58,115 bases of DNA, filler included, from Sphacelaria rigidula (GCA_964200075.2; 7 parts of 7 records of this genome joined end to end with filler, not necessarily neighbours in it); one strand, 5' to 3'; shown: positions 1 to 12,614, counted from the whole stretch's first letter. Notes: a model not told the origin generated them from the letters alone. Numbers and translations: made by a program.

Positions 1-220
1 CGACGTGACGGTCGACGAGGGAAAGGAACTGCTGAACCCCCTCTCGCGATAAAAAAATAAAGGGAAGCACCGCAGAAGGAAGGTGGGGTAATAAAAACAA
101 ACAAAAAAGAAAAACTCCTGTGTTTACCTTCCTCCTGTGTGACCCCGGCTGGTGCACCCACATGTACCGAAAAGGTGCAGACTGGCGCTCAGAGTAAATG
201 GGACGACAACACACACACTA
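1..220 (+). mobile_element. 3' part of a SINE-like dispersed repeat (same family as 28252-28600), truncated by the window start
   Basis: CGGTCGACGAGGGAAAGGAAC...CCGCAGAAGG...GAAAAACTCCTG...CCTGTGTGACCCC...AAAGGTG..(CA)n is colinear with 28413-28590. Confidence 0.7.
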
Positions 221-584
221 GAGGGCGCACCTGTACAATCTACCACGCACACACCCTGCCCGCCGTGTACGTGAACCCCACTGCTACATAGCCGCAAGGG
301 AGCATTCGTAGCACCAAGATCGTGCTTGCATGGACCTGTGTAAGCTGGTGGAAGACGAATTGTTGGTGTTTGATGTTTGGACAAGCTGCCTGTAGAGTTG
401 GGAGACCGCGCGCGCTGTAACGTCCGTGGGACCCAAATGAGCATCTGAGATAGGCCGTTGTATGTACTAGCGCACAACGACATAGGCCGGCCTACTCATA
501 CCATATCGATGGCCCTTCGTCCGGCGAAAGATGAGAAATAAGCGTGGTCATGGCGGGTGCGACGCAATATGCATAGTAGATTCA

Positions 585-611
585 CAGCAGCAGCAGCAGC
601 AGCAGCAGCAG
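585..611. repeat. (CAG)n microsatellite
   Basis: about 9 perfect CAG units. Confidence 0.95.
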
Positions 612-1039
612 TCTAGACTCCACACGTCGCTGCGCCCGTCCTGCGTCATACCGCCGTGATGGATCCGTAGAGGAACACCCACACATGCCCTCTAATGTTT
701 TCGTGAACGTTGCTCAGCTTGTACCATACGCTTTGCTGTGCATGAAGGAAATAGTCTACATACACTAGATAATATATCTGGTAATTTTACTGCTGCTGTA
801 AACTACCGGGCGGCTCCCTCGAATGTACCAACGTTGGTACATACAAGTCGTGTGCCAACAAGTGATTATTTCGTTCTGTTTGGAGGTAGACACGCTAGTC
901 TGCGGCCCGGGGGGCAATATTTTGCCCTAGCGCTGTATGTACGAAAGTGTACATAGCGTCATCAGTGCACAGGCCGGCCGGTGCTACAGATAGTATACCT
1001 GTCGTTACGAACTCGCGTTCGATGATATTCGTAACTAAC

Positions 1040-1492
1040 ACAGTTTTCGCTAGATTTAGAGCGAACTGTTATATTGAGAGTGAGAGTCAACATTGACTTT
1101 CTCGTCGATTTTGAAATCGTCACAACATGGTGAGGAGTATTGCGCCGAGCCGGTCGAAAAGGAGCTCAAACGAAAACTGCTACCAAGGGGATTAATTCGA
1201 TATCTGACTCATTCAAATCGAAAGCATCAATCGGTAGCAATCAAAAATCCATTTTTTCCGAAAAAAATATATTAACGCCTAAAACTGTTTCAGGCTGACG
1301 TGCCGTTCCTACACGAAAAATCGATAGTGTAGTCCCTTGCCCCTCCTATTCCCAAAACCCTCAAGCAGGATCTCGGCGTGTTGCTGTTCACTCAAGACGT
1401 TCGTGCAAGCGAAAAAGAAAAACTCACGTATTGGTCGCGCTAGAGCATTCGCTCTTAATCTGATACTTCGCTCTCAATCTGGCGAAAGCTGT
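1040..1492. mobile_element. MITE-like element with ~50-bp imperfect TIRs
   Basis: CAGTTTTCGCTAGATTTAGAGCGAAC (1041-1066) is the reverse complement, with few mismatches, of CTTCGCTCTCAATCTGGCGAAAGCTG (1466-1491); no clear TSD. Confidence 0.55.
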
Positions 1493-3313
1493 TAACTGCC
1501 GTCAGATGTGTGCATTGGTGGGTCGACAGACAGGTCGAGAGAGGCTGGTGGCACAATAATGAATCCGATTTTTGGTGCATGGCTCCTGTGTATTTTTGGT
1601 GCGCGCCTTCTCTATGGCAGCATCTTCGCTAGGCAGTTCTTGGCGAGTCGTTGTAGTGTGCGAACCACTATATATATACATATATTGTTATTCCTCCGTG
1701 GGAACTCCTCGATTAAACAATAAGTAACAAAACTACTTACAGCAACCTTTTCTGCATTTTTTAGGGCATGCTGTATCCCTAAGGAGAAAAAGGGGGGGGG
1801 GGGGGTGTTGCAAAGTTGGGTAGTCTGACCACTGTGTGCAGGCCAGCCGTCCGTCTCCGTTCCTTTCCTTTCCTTCCTACAGTATTAGATATCAATCGCT
1901 CGCTATGCTCGCTCCCCTGGCCACATTGAGCAGAGAGAGAGAGAGAGAGAGGGAGGGAGAGAGCTGTTTTACTTGCTGCGGACCGTTGTATGAACTCAGA
2001 ATGGAACATAACCTTTAGAGATTCCACCGGGCATATTCCTGTAAGATATACCCGCCCAGATAGTTTCTTAGGCCACAGACTCGAATACCATACCAGAATA
2101 ACAGGTGTTCAATCTAAGGAAGCTTTTAAAACCCGGGGGGTACATCACTTAATATTAGTGTATAGGGATTGTACCGAAGAGTTTTTTTGGGTATTAAAAG
2201 AGCTCCTTCGAAAATCAGAGGAGAGGAGAGCCGTTGTTGCCGGAGTTGGCGCCTTTTTTCGCCTCGATTTGCAAACACCTCTCACAGCATAGAGAACACC
2301 ACGCCCGCTCTTCCCTCTTAGTCGAACGCTCTTGGTATTGAGAGTTCTAACAACATACCAGCTAAATTCACGTTAAAGCCGTTTTTTGTGGATAGGTACA
2401 GTAGAGATGGTTCCAGACGCCGCGGGGTCAAGTCAAGCCCCTACGCCTAAGCCTACGCCTAAAACCCATTTTTCGGACCAGAAAAATCATCGCACAAGTA
2501 GACAAACTGCTTTCCGGCACGCGACGACTCTCAGACTCCATATCAGTAAGCCTGAAATATTTTTTGAGCTGTCGTTGCTTGTGAGAGGCGAGCTGTAGCG
2601 TCAAAGCAGCAGCAAAATTTCGGTTGGGTTCTCTCTTTGGACTCATTTTGAGAGGGTGAAGGTTAACTGTTGCAGCAGTCACAGCTCCGCCTCTCGACCT
2701 CTGCTCAAAATAGGCGGACGAGAAATCGGAAGATATTTCCAAGTTGCTGCGGATGAACCAATCCAGCGTACATAGTAGCCCTCTGCTTAAGGTTCGAATT
2801 GGGGTGGTGTCATTCTGGGCCCCGGGCTTACACATATTGATCTACGAAAATCACCGGAGGTCACGGGGCCCTCGAGGGTACCCATGACTCTTTATAGCTT
2901 CTTAGAGGAAGTCTGTGGGAGGTACAGCTTGACCGTAAGCATTTGAAGATACTCTTCGCCGCGATGTTTCCCGTGGACGAGGGTTTGGACAAGTGCCCAC
3001 CATAACGGAGGGTTTCTCCCCGGATTGTTTGCTTGGCCTGGCAGAGCTCTGCGGACAGGGAGTGCAACACAATCTTGTGACTTCAAGTGTTCTGTTCCTC
3101 GGCCGGCCAGAAGCTGCCTTCGGTGTAAGGGATTCAGCGGACGTTATTTTTCCTTCAGGTGCTGTTTTTGTTTTGGATTTAATGTGAATGGCGCTTTATA
3201 TTGAGTTTCTAGCACTATCTGTATGCCGTCTAAACACGAAATTGTTTTCTCCCTGCTTGTCTTGGAAACCATTTTACCAGGTTGCAATAAACAGAGGGGT
3301 GCACAGGGGCGCC

Positions 3314-4879
3314 ATGGTGGCATGGACCACCACGAGGTTATCTGTCGGCGAGGTCAACGCGCTGATTTCGGCCGTGTCCGTGGTGGTGAGCTTTTGCATG
3401 TCGTTCATGCTGGCTTCCGTGTCCCTTGAGATCCGCCGTCTAATGATCATCTGGGGCGAACGAGACGCGATTATTCAGGATGAAGGATTCATGTCGATTT
3501 GGAACTTATGCAAATCTTCCAAAGCAAGTCGCTGGACCGCTTTGGCCGTCCTGCCGGTTCTCTTGAGCGGCGCCGCTAGCACGATCATCGACTTCACAAC
3601 GTCCGGCGTTTCAGCTTCGATCGGACACACTAAAGGTGCGGAGGTGCACGTCTTGGGATTGGTAGGCAATGAAGTGGATGACAGCCCGTCCTTTCCCACG
3701 ATAAACAGTCTTGCAGAAGCTGCTGCGAGCGGAATTTCGATCGACACGGCTTACTTGGCGTTGCTCAGCTCGGACCTTGCCTCGGTGGGCTTTGACTCCA
3801 GCTTTTCTGGCGTGGAGGTCAAATACGTACGAATGGTACATGAGGAGAAGGACGGGGTCTACGTCTACGGCAATGAATACGAAAACGGGATATCGGTCAA
3901 CATCACTTTTTGCGTTGAAGTTACTGAAATCACCGACGCGTTTGCGATCACCGAGTGCAGAGAGGGATTGATCGTTGAAAAGACTGTGAAGTCGTTTGAC
4001 GTCAAATCCATTGTCACAAACGCGTGGGTATTCCAGGGGCAGTGTTCCCCGTTGTACGAGGGCATCGCTCTGGGAAACCAGGAGGTGGATATTGTCGAGA
4101 GGGACTTCATGTTCGGGTCCGACGACACTGACGGAAGAGTGGCCGCGAATGCCACATGTTCTTCAATTTTCGAGTCCATCATCGAGTCATGCGTGTGGGA
4201 GGATGGCGGGATTCTCTACTTCGGGGACTGGAGAGTGGGCGGTGCCGGCAATTGCACGGAAGAGAACAATGCAGATTTTTCGAGCATGGCCATTCTGGCC
4301 ATCGACTACGGGGAAAAAGTGGTACAGGGAAGCGACACCGCTGCGCTACTCGCATCCTTGACCGCGGAAATATTCTCGGGGACGGGATTGTTGTCGTCAA
4401 GGCAGCAGCTCGTCGATGTCCTCGGCGCGGTGGTCAGGTTAGAGAGCATGACGTGGGCTGTACAATCTGCCTACGATCCGGTGGATGTGGTGGAAATCGG
4501 TATCAGTGCGTGGGTACTTGTAGTGCTGCTCCTTGCGCTGTTGCTGCCTGCGATGGTGTGGGTGCCTGTCAAGTGGCACAGCCGCGGGAATAGTTTTTTT
4601 TTGCCCGTTAGTCCGGCGGAGTGGAGCGCGTGCGCTGCTCGGGAGCTTGACAAACTACGCAAGGAGGATGGGCTCCGTTCATTGGGGACGGCAAAACCGC
4701 TGGACGAACATTACGGCCAAGTGTACGCCTTTGGGCCGGTTGTAAGTGCGGACGAAGGATTTGGAAGGTCACAGCAGTGCTTGGGGTGGGTCAATAGGGA
4801 TGACGCTACCCCGGCGACTACCGAGAAATTGTCTCCTTTCGGCAGAAATGTGCGTGGAGGTCGTTGCGCCCACGCCTAG
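3314..4879 (+). CDS. Intronless membrane protein of unknown function, ~521 aa (2 N-terminal TM, large acidic Cys-containing ectodomain, C-terminal TM)
   Basis: Uninterrupted 563-codon ORF (3188-4879) in otherwise stop-rich DNA. GCCATGG Kozak context at 3314 (upstream ATG at 3188 is an alternative). GC3-rich codons. Hydrophobic spans LISAVSVVVSFCMSFMLASV, WTALAVLPVLLSGAASTII and ISAWVLVVLLLALLLPAMVWV. Six Cys and NIT/NAT/NCT sequons lie between TM2 and TM3. Confidence 0.8.
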   Translation: MVAWTTTRLSVGEVNALISAVSVVVSFCMSFMLASVSLEIRRLMIIWGERDAIIQDEGFMSIWNLCKSSKASRWTALAVLPVLLSGAASTIIDFTTSGVSASIGHTKGAEVHVLGLVGNEVDDSPSFPTINSLAEAAASGISIDTAYLALLSSDLASVGFDSSFSGVEVKYVRMVHEEKDGVYVYGNEYENGISVNITFCVEVTEITDAFAITECREGLIVEKTVKSFDVKSIVTNAWVFQGQCSPLYEGIALGNQEVDIVERDFMFGSDDTDGRVAANATCSSIFESIIESCVWEDGGILYFGDWRVGGAGNCTEENNADFSSMAILAIDYGEKVVQGSDTAALLASLTAEIFSGTGLLSSRQQLVDVLGAVVRLESMTWAVQSAYDPVDVVEIGISAWVLVVLLLALLLPAMVWVPVKWHSRGNSFFLPVSPAEWSACAARELDKLRKEDGLRSLGTAKPLDEHYGQVYAFGPVVSADEGFGRSQQCLGWVNRDDATPATTEKLSPFGRNVRGGRCAHA

Positions 4880-5220
4880 GTAGGCCCAACTCTGGAGTTT
4901 TTTCCCAGGTTCGAGGATAAGGAAGAAATAGATTATGGCAGGAAACACATTTCGTCGTAATGTACCGTAGCCGATCACTCAAAGCCGGGTGCGTGGTGTA
5001 GGCCAGTTGGCGATTTGTGCCCGCCGAGGAAGTGGGTCTCGGCCTCAAATATACGAGCGTTTGGTTGAGTTGCCGAAACGTCGCGAGATAATCCTCTCTT
5101 CCTGCCTCCACGGGCAGTTTGCAGCATGTCTCGTTCTCTTTTAGTCCCCCCGTTGAGTTCTCCTCCCCCCAAATCTGGCCGAAATCGTAATAAGACATGT
5201 TTTGTTATCCCGTTTTTGTT

Positions 5221-5612
5221 TGTTGAAGATTCTTCCCCCTATTTCTCGCGAAGATAACGCCCGCCCCCCAGACTTTTTCTGTTGGTTGTTCTTGTTATAA
5301 ATATTTGGTGGCTCGTGGCGTTTGGTACTGTTCTCGAAACAGACCGACTACCGTCGCGGAGACGGTAGGTTAGCAGAGGTTGCACAGTGGTAGTCAAACC
5401 ACTTGCTTCTGCAGCAGACAGAAAGTCCAAAGACAAGAATGGTGTTTGGAGCTCTTGACTTTGGCCGAACAAAATCAAGCAGCCTCTTTTGCAAGCAGAG
5501 TGCTGAGAAAATGAAGAAGAGCTGGGTACGCTTGGTAAGCTTGGGAAGGTGATTGTAAGGGCGATAGACCACCGATTACAACCATGCTCAATCCTGGAAG
5601 AAGAATCCAACA
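5221..5612. mobile_element. Solo LTR-like sequence (392 bp)
   Basis: Starts TGTTGAAGATTCTTC and ends GAAGAATCCAACA (TG..CA with inverted ends); internal TATAAA near 5295; flanks do not form a TSD. Confidence 0.55.
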
Positions 5613-5840
5613 CTCTACATATACGTAAGGTCTAATCGTATCATTCATTTCAACCTCGCTATTGCTGACGCGGTAGCCTTGTCAGTTGAGATTAACTGCA
5701 AAGTTGCACACAAGATATCCTGTAGCTTACGTGGCCTAAATACTGTGCTAGAGTATCTTTCATTGACAAATCATGGCAACACGCCTACTGTAGCAATATC
5801 CTACCTGGAACGTCATTCACACAGGTGTAGACTTTTACCT

Positions 5841-5992
5841 ATTATGCTAGTAATAATATTTTTTATGCTAGTAATGTCACCAAGGATATGCTCGTAAAAT
5901 TAAATTTATGCTCGATAGCATGCTCGCATTCTCAAAAACTTATGCTCGATTTATGCTCGCAACGTGGAATTAATGATTGATCATGCTCGTAA
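5841..5992. repeat. Cluster of ATGCTCG/ATGCTAG motifs
   Basis: about 8 copies of (T)ATGCT(C/A)G at irregular spacing in AT-rich DNA. Confidence 0.6.
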
Positions 5993-7450
5993 TATCCAAC
6001 AAGGATGCCATTTTCGACCGGATACAGACCCACTGATCACTATCTATTACTACTATTATGTTCGCCACATTAGCTCGATCTCTCTAACCCGTGGTCACAG
6101 AGTGCAAGGAGCCTGTCCCCCATACCCATAATCAAGCTTCCCGTCGAGGAAGGCAAACAGAACATCTACACGAAAAAGGGCATACTACTATCAAGGCATA
6201 TTTTATATATACGAAGTACTACCTACCTGCATTTGTTCGATTGAATACCGTATTTTTCTCTTGTCGTACACGGTGCATCATCTTATATCATCGCGTACTC
6301 TCAATGCATCTTGTTGTGCTATATGCCGCCCCCCAAGTGCCGTATAGACAAGACATACGGCAGGCAACCTTCTGATTCGAATATCCATCACAATCTGGCA
6401 CAATGAGTGTACGTTCTACGCATCTCGTCACCAAATTCAAAGTGACAAGTCACAAAATCACATAATAACAGCCGATTTTGAATTTTGAGGTTCGACACTA
6501 AAATGGGGCTGAAGTCGCATTCCTCTATTGCAGGCAAGATACGAAAGAGTAACACGGAGCGAAAGTATCTTCCTTCCCAAAACTCCGCAGGAGGAGTTAA
6601 CCGTGAGACCGCGAGAGTAGGTCACTTGCTGAATCGGCATCAATATTCACTTGGGAAACGTACACGTGGTCCAGATGGTCTACCAACACCGCGGTCCAAC
6701 GGTTAAGCCACTCTGGCTAGGTGCACCCAACGAACGCGGCGTACACGCGTGTCGATGACGATATCACNNNNNNNNNNCCTCGCCCGTGTCCTTTGCGTGT
6801 CCTCGCTCGGCGATTACCACTATCGCTCGAGAGACTCGCATCATCGATGTTACTAGCATGTACCCAATTTTCCATGTTGTGCCTAAATTTCGAGCGGCGG
6901 AGAGATTTCGTCTCTTCTTGCTTGCTTGGTGCGAAGATCAATTACTCTCTGCCTCTCTTTATGGACAAGACGCGCGTCTGTGCACTGAAGAACATGTCGC
7001 TGAAAAACAGGGCAATATTGCCGTCACCGCTACTACTGTACTCTGTCACACACATGCCAGCAAGGGCGGTGCTGCGGCAATAACAACAGATAGATCCAAT
7101 TTGAACTTAAGGGGTGTTATTCATCGTTGATTTTCGCCGACGTCCCCAAGCCGGGCGCGCGGGTAGAACAGCGTGCCACATGTCAGTTGAGGGGGGTGTA
7201 TGAGAGATCAAACACTTGTAGAGACCTTTTTAATATGCGGAGTGAAAAAGGATACCTATGGTGGTGACCTAACTGTTGCTAGCGTGGCGCACAGGCAATC
7301 TGCAGCACACATACGGTAGTCGCGTCGACAGCTCGGTACAGCACGAGTACCTTCCCACAAGTAATAATTATTCCGATGTCAGGAGGTCATGGATTATCAC
7401 AACTCGAAAGGAGAGACGAGAGTGCTCTACGATCAACCGCATGTCGTTGC

Positions 7451-8217
7451 ATTCGAGACCCACGCTATCAACCGCCGACAGCAAGGGTCTTGTGGCTTTC
7501 ACGCGACGCTGTCAGCATTAAAGGGTCTTGTGGCTTTCACGCGACGCTGTCAGCATTACGGCAGGCAAACCGGATGATCATAGCTATCTCCCGTCTGCGC
7601 AGTGGTGATCGCGCTAACAAAGTGCACCGATTTTGCAAGACCTGTGAAAGCTAGAGAGTTTGGTTTTTATGAGCTGCATGCACAAAATGAAAACGGTTCT
7701 GAAAACCTGAGGGACGGTGGTCGCTTCAGGTCCAGTTGATCATCAGAGGAAATTGTCGAAGAGCAATACGAACCTTTTCCGGCATCGGCGTCGGACAGTG
7801 CTCGAACAACGAAATAAAAATCGACAAGTTACTGTTCGTGTTAGAAAACCATGCGCTTGGAACACTTTGCAGCTTCGAAGACACAGATTTTCATGGAAAG
7901 AGACTTCTCCGGGCCCCCATGTGTGTTGTACCCGCCTGTTAAAGTCGTTCCTCGTTCATCGATGACTGGCTGGGGGACAGGAAAGCCATCCTCCCTCAGG
8001 TTTTCAGAACCGTTTTCATTTTGTGCATGCAGCTCATAAAAACCAAACTCTCTAGCTTTCACAGGTCTTGCAAAATCGGTGCACTTTGTTAGCGTGATCA
8101 CCACTGCGCAGACGGGAGATAGCTATGATCATCCGGTTTGCCTGCCGTAATGCTGACAGCGTCGCGTGAAAGCCACAAGACCCTTGCTGTCGGCGGTTGA
8201 TAGCGTGGGTCTCGAAT
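7451..8217. repeat. Long near-perfect inverted repeat (arms 7451-7714 and 7992-8217), right arm cut by contig end
   Basis: Arms are reverse complements with about one substitution; the left arm carries an extra 38-bp tandem duplication (7483-7520, 7521-7558); spacer ~277 bp. Confidence 0.9.
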
Positions 8218-8317
8218 NNNNNNNNNNNNNNNNNNNNNNNNNNNNNNNNNNNNNNNNNNNNTTAATTAATTAANNNNNNNNNNNNNNNNNNNNNNNNNNN
8301 NNNNNNNNNNNNNNNNN
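8218..8317. other. Artificial contig linker N44-TTAATTAATTAA-N44 (also 16535-16634, 24852-24951, 33169-33268, 41485-41584, 49801-49900)
   Basis: Identical 100-bp structure with a six-frame stop linker; intervening contigs decrease monotonically from 8217 to 8215 bp. Confidence 0.98.
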
Positions 8318-8589
8318 CCCCCCCGCCCGCCTGCACTGCCCAGGCCTTATTCTGTCGGTGAGTGTGAGGGCACCGGTTGTACCTACCGCCGTATTGATAG
8401 TATGACTGCTGAATGTTGTAGTGAGCCAGGTTCTTTTGGTGTATGGAAACCACATGCGAACGTCCCTCATGCGAAAGGTGGAGGTAAGTCGTAGGACCCC
8501 CTGGCAGTTGTCAAGTTCACGTTCGCGCTGGATTCTGGTCGGCGGTCTATTGCATGCCTGGCTGGCCCTGATAACACTGCAAATTGTCA

Positions 8590-11550
8590 TTCGCACGTAA
8601 ATACATGGCTGCGGCACATTGGTCGCACCAACAAAATGACGGGGGTGCACGGTGGCATCGATGGCGAAGAAAGGAAAACATGTGAATGTTGACACCGATG
8701 TACTCCGGTAGAGATTCAGATGTTTTGCGACTAATAGGTAAATACCGTCCAGTGTTTCCTCATACGGCCAACGTGTACGAAGATATGAGTACGTCAACAC
8801 AACAAACTCGAAATACAGTATTCTTCTGAAAGGCAAGTGCATCTTTAAGCACGTTCGTTCCTCGGTTCCTCCAGACGTCGCAACATGCGACGGAAATGGG
8901 CAGAACATGATGTTTGCGAAACATAGGTTGCATCCATTCATCATTGATGGATCGCTTTGAAGACACACACTGGGGATACTAACCTTCTGGACCCCAGCGC
9001 AAGGATGCCAGCCTCCGATGCCAATGATTTTTTCAAAAGTTGGAGATTTGGGGAGATGCATAGGTCAAGAAATTATATATATTGTTCGCGTTTCAGTGGT
9101 GCTCTGGAGGCGATCCGCAAAAAACATATTTGGGTTCGGCACGATGTGCCCATGAAACAGTAGGTGGGAAGCGAGGTGTGCAAAGCATTCAAAAATAAAC
9201 CGTGCTTTCGCGGACACTCCTCGTGCTGTGCTGAATTATAGATTATTATTTTCTTACTGACGACCATCTCAGGAAACATTGTCGTACTGTGAATTCCAAA
9301 CGTACTACAATGCGAAGCAACGTTTAGAAATTACCGACAACGAAAACATCACAAACGATTCCTCGTACAGCCGCTAACCACTCGAGTCCGACCAAGCGTC
9401 GAATCGAGCGTGCAAAATATTGGTGAGGTGCGGTCTCTGAGGGAGTTGAGGCGTCATAGAGCTGGCTCCCATGTTGGGAAACAATCGGCTCTGAATCACT
9501 CAAACATGTATACTCCAAATACATTTTTCGTACAGTAGCAGAAGAGCCGGCAAGAATAAACAATGAACTTGGGCTAAAAAATGCAGCAGTCAATCATGGA
9601 TCCACTGTTTAATGTTTCTACTCCAGGGCGTGTTACGCGGGGAGATGGGGAGATGCGATTTCTTGTTGCAACCCACCTGTACTGGATGCCCGTGCTTCTG
9701 ATCGATGAGGGTAATCAAATTCGATGTTTCTTACTGTTGGTTTTCTCGTCGGCGGCACACACAAGAGCACAATTTCCTTCGTAGAATTGTTGTCAATTTC
9801 AAAATGTTCAGGTTGAAGGTGATAGCCGCTTTCTCATCAACAGGCCCGTACCGAATCACATCTCGTCTTCGCCGGGAAGTAGTTCAACATTTCACACGAC
9901 ACGTGATGGGACGTCAAACATATTTTCTTCCAAAAAACCAACGATTATGGGGTTTCAACGGTGTAGCTGTAGAAGTAGTGTTGTACAATGCGATCTGCTG
10001 AGTGTAACGTACTCGATGCATGTTTTCCACATCGTGCTTTATTTACCAGCTGGAAGCATCTCCCTGTAACGAACGGAGGACCTCGTCCTCCCACCGAGGA
10101 TGGAGGGAGGGCATCGAACACATTGCTAACGTCGTCCATCCGAGCCAAGCACAAACAGCCTTGCCCAACCCGCGCCTCGAAAGCGTTGTAGTTCCTGTAT
10201 GATACGCGTGGAGGGGGGAGTTATGGGTACGGGTATCCGTTGCTGTGGACTTAGACAGAGTCGAAACGCGGGCCTTCCGACAGAGGGCGTGCTCAAAACG
10301 TGCGGTACACAAGCCTGCCGGAGAATGATGGAATGATCGCGGTCTATGACGCGCGTGCACCACTTCCGTTCTTCTCGTCGCGTGCGGGTAAACTCATCGC
10401 AATCAGAGTGCATCTGCGCCAACAATCAACCGCGATTTGAAGAAGCCACGACACCCAACGTCGGGTGCGCGGATGACAGAACGGGACCCGCATTCGTATC
10501 CACGTGTTCAAGCACCTTAAGAGTCAAACGTCAACGGTAAAAGCGTTGACCTGGTTGCTCATGAGAGCCCAACTTCAGAGGTGAGAGCGTCGAGTACGCT
10601 GGCAATTTCAACCACTCAGTGGGCGCTTTTACCGCTCAAGTTGGGCTCTAATTGTGCCTGAAACACTTTGATGCATGTTCTGGCACGGCGGGTCGGGTTC
10701 CAGCTTCTCGCATCCAATCTTGCATTCCGTGATGTCTTGCCTCCACGATTGAATACTGTTGTAAATATTCTCCATGCTACTTGGTTCCAGAGCCCCGATC
10801 TCTTCGGAGGTCCACATTTCGCTTCGAATCGATCATGCCGGGAATCGAACCTGATATCGCTTGTTCAAGAGGCGGGCATTATACCTTTGGACTAGCGAGC
10901 TCTCTCTCCTTTAAGGGTCACGTGTCGGCTCCGAAACTTTCTACGATAGCCCTCTCCCCAAAGCGTAACTGAAGTTGGGAGGCAAACTCACACGTGAATC
11001 GAAACAGAAATAGCCGTGCACAAGAAGCAGCGGGGGATTCCCACGCGTGGGTCCGGTTTCGCTAATGTCGCCCGTTGCTTGCGCTTGCGCTTTATGCAGC
11101 CGGAAACCAAACAGCAGGCGCCCTACGACCATTTTCGTCGTGACAGGTTTTCGTCTCTTTTTTCTCTTCGTTTGGGGTGGGGGGGTATCGTAAAAGGACT
11201 CCTTTTTGAACAGGAAATGCCAGAAACACGCGAAGCATATGAAACGGTAATCCCAACATCGAGTAACAAGCCCCCTACAACGTGTTGCCACGATGCCGTT
11301 TGTTGGAGGGGTTTTGGTGGATACGGGTGAGAGATGTCACGGTAGTTGCACATTGGGGCCCAAATTTTTCCATCTAGGGGCTCCTGAAGTTAGAGGCTGT
11401 ACAAGACGATGGACCAGAACAATGCCGTTGCGAATCCAATGCGGGGAAGACCTAGCCCTAGCCGATTGGAATGCCTCTCGTGGCGCGTTGTCACATATTT
11501 CACAGGTTATTTTTGGAACGAGAGAGAAACAGCTTCTCGCAATTCAAACT
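8590..11550 (+). pseudogene. Possible highly decayed Ty1/Copia pol remnant
   Basis: Scattered fragments in Copia order but in shifting frames: W..HIG...CEC (~8600-8690), YWMPVLLIDEGNQIRC (~9680), GLRQSR (~10250), IAVYD (~10340), EPDIACS (~10850), SHISQVIFGTRE (~11490). Each is weak alone. Confidence 0.3.
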
Positions 11551-11899
11551 TGAGAAACATATTGTGCAAGGCAACCATGGCATACTTCAGGTGCACGGCG
11601 TTTCTTAGCACATATAGCTTGAGCGTAACCAGGGCACCGAATGTACTACACGCCAGCTAATACTCTAAACACTTTCTGCATCCCGGTGTAGCTAATGGAT
11701 ACACCAGTAGTCCAAGAGGCAACCCTGGGTACTCCAAGTACCGACCAGATGACTACGCTGAAAGCACAACCTCCGCGTATACAGTGAATTGATTCGGACT
11801 TTTCTTCAGTAGCCTCAGAACTCACCCTTCGAGGACTTCGTCCCAGACAACACGCAGTCTCCGCTGTGTTGTCCACGCACCTGATTCGGTGTTTTGACG

Positions 11900-12400
11900 A
11901 GCAGACGAGTGAACAATTGAAGATGTTGTGCATCCACGTTTCGTGTACTGTCGCTCATTCCATCCCTTCCCGGGCTGTAACACCCGTGTCGTGCAGACAG
12001 CGGAGCTTGATCATGGTTACCATCTCCACGAACAGCACGTGGGTGCACACCTCATCTTGGAGCAAGCCGTGCCAATGTATTGTAAATATGGCGTGAGAAA
12101 CCCGGTTGTGGTCATATCTCTCCCAACAACCACACCTCAGCTGCCATCGTGTTCGGAGCCGTTTGGATAGCATTGAACGAGGCCGAGCGACTGTCCAGGT
12201 TGAGGTCATGGAGATGGCTTGGCACTACCGTTTGAGCATCTGGCGCGAGTGTCATTGCAGCAGCTGCAGGTTACGTGGATACGACGTGTACGAGGAGACA
12301 CGCGTCGAAAGCCAAAGTGTGAGAACGATGTTATTCAACATTTGTGTGGATGGCGCGTGCAATAGTTTACTCGCTTCGCGCGAAGAAAATGAACGCGGTT
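11900..12400 (-). pseudogene. Decayed Ty3/Gypsy reverse transcriptase fragment
   Basis: Frameshifted EASKLL..., TTGFLTPY, WHGLLQDEVCTHVLFVEMV resemble the RT block KTAFxTPxGLYEWxxMPQGLxxAPxxF. Confidence 0.35.
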
Positions 12401-12614
12401 CGAGCTCGAGAGCATTTCTAGAGGCAGCTAAAACGAGCTCAACAATGGGTAAGGGGTAGCCACGAAGTGGTCCGAAACCAAAATGCGTGAGGGACGGGTC
12501 GAGCGCGAAACAAGTTTGAAAGCGGGCCAACTCGCGTAGACTCCACAACAGAAGGAAACGAGACCTTACCGCCGACACCATTCGAGGGTCTGGCGGCAAA
12601 AGAGGGGGGGGGGG

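Noticed and set aside
8262-8273. TTAATTAATTAA as a biological motif, and ORFs ending in X..LIN
   Set aside because: Artificial stop linker; such ORFs read through Ns. The natural TTAATTAATCAATTAATTAA at ~34768 is just AT-rich sequence
8270-9061. 263-aa minus-strand ORF
   Set aside because: No recognisable domain, runs into the gap, likely antisense to decayed retroelement sequence
12055-12110. SHAIFTIHWHGLLQ resembles a multicopper oxidase HWHG motif and the kinesin SHAIFTI motif
   Set aside because: No other oxidase or kinesin motifs or convincing exon boundaries nearby; neighbouring frames fit a frameshifted Gypsy RT better
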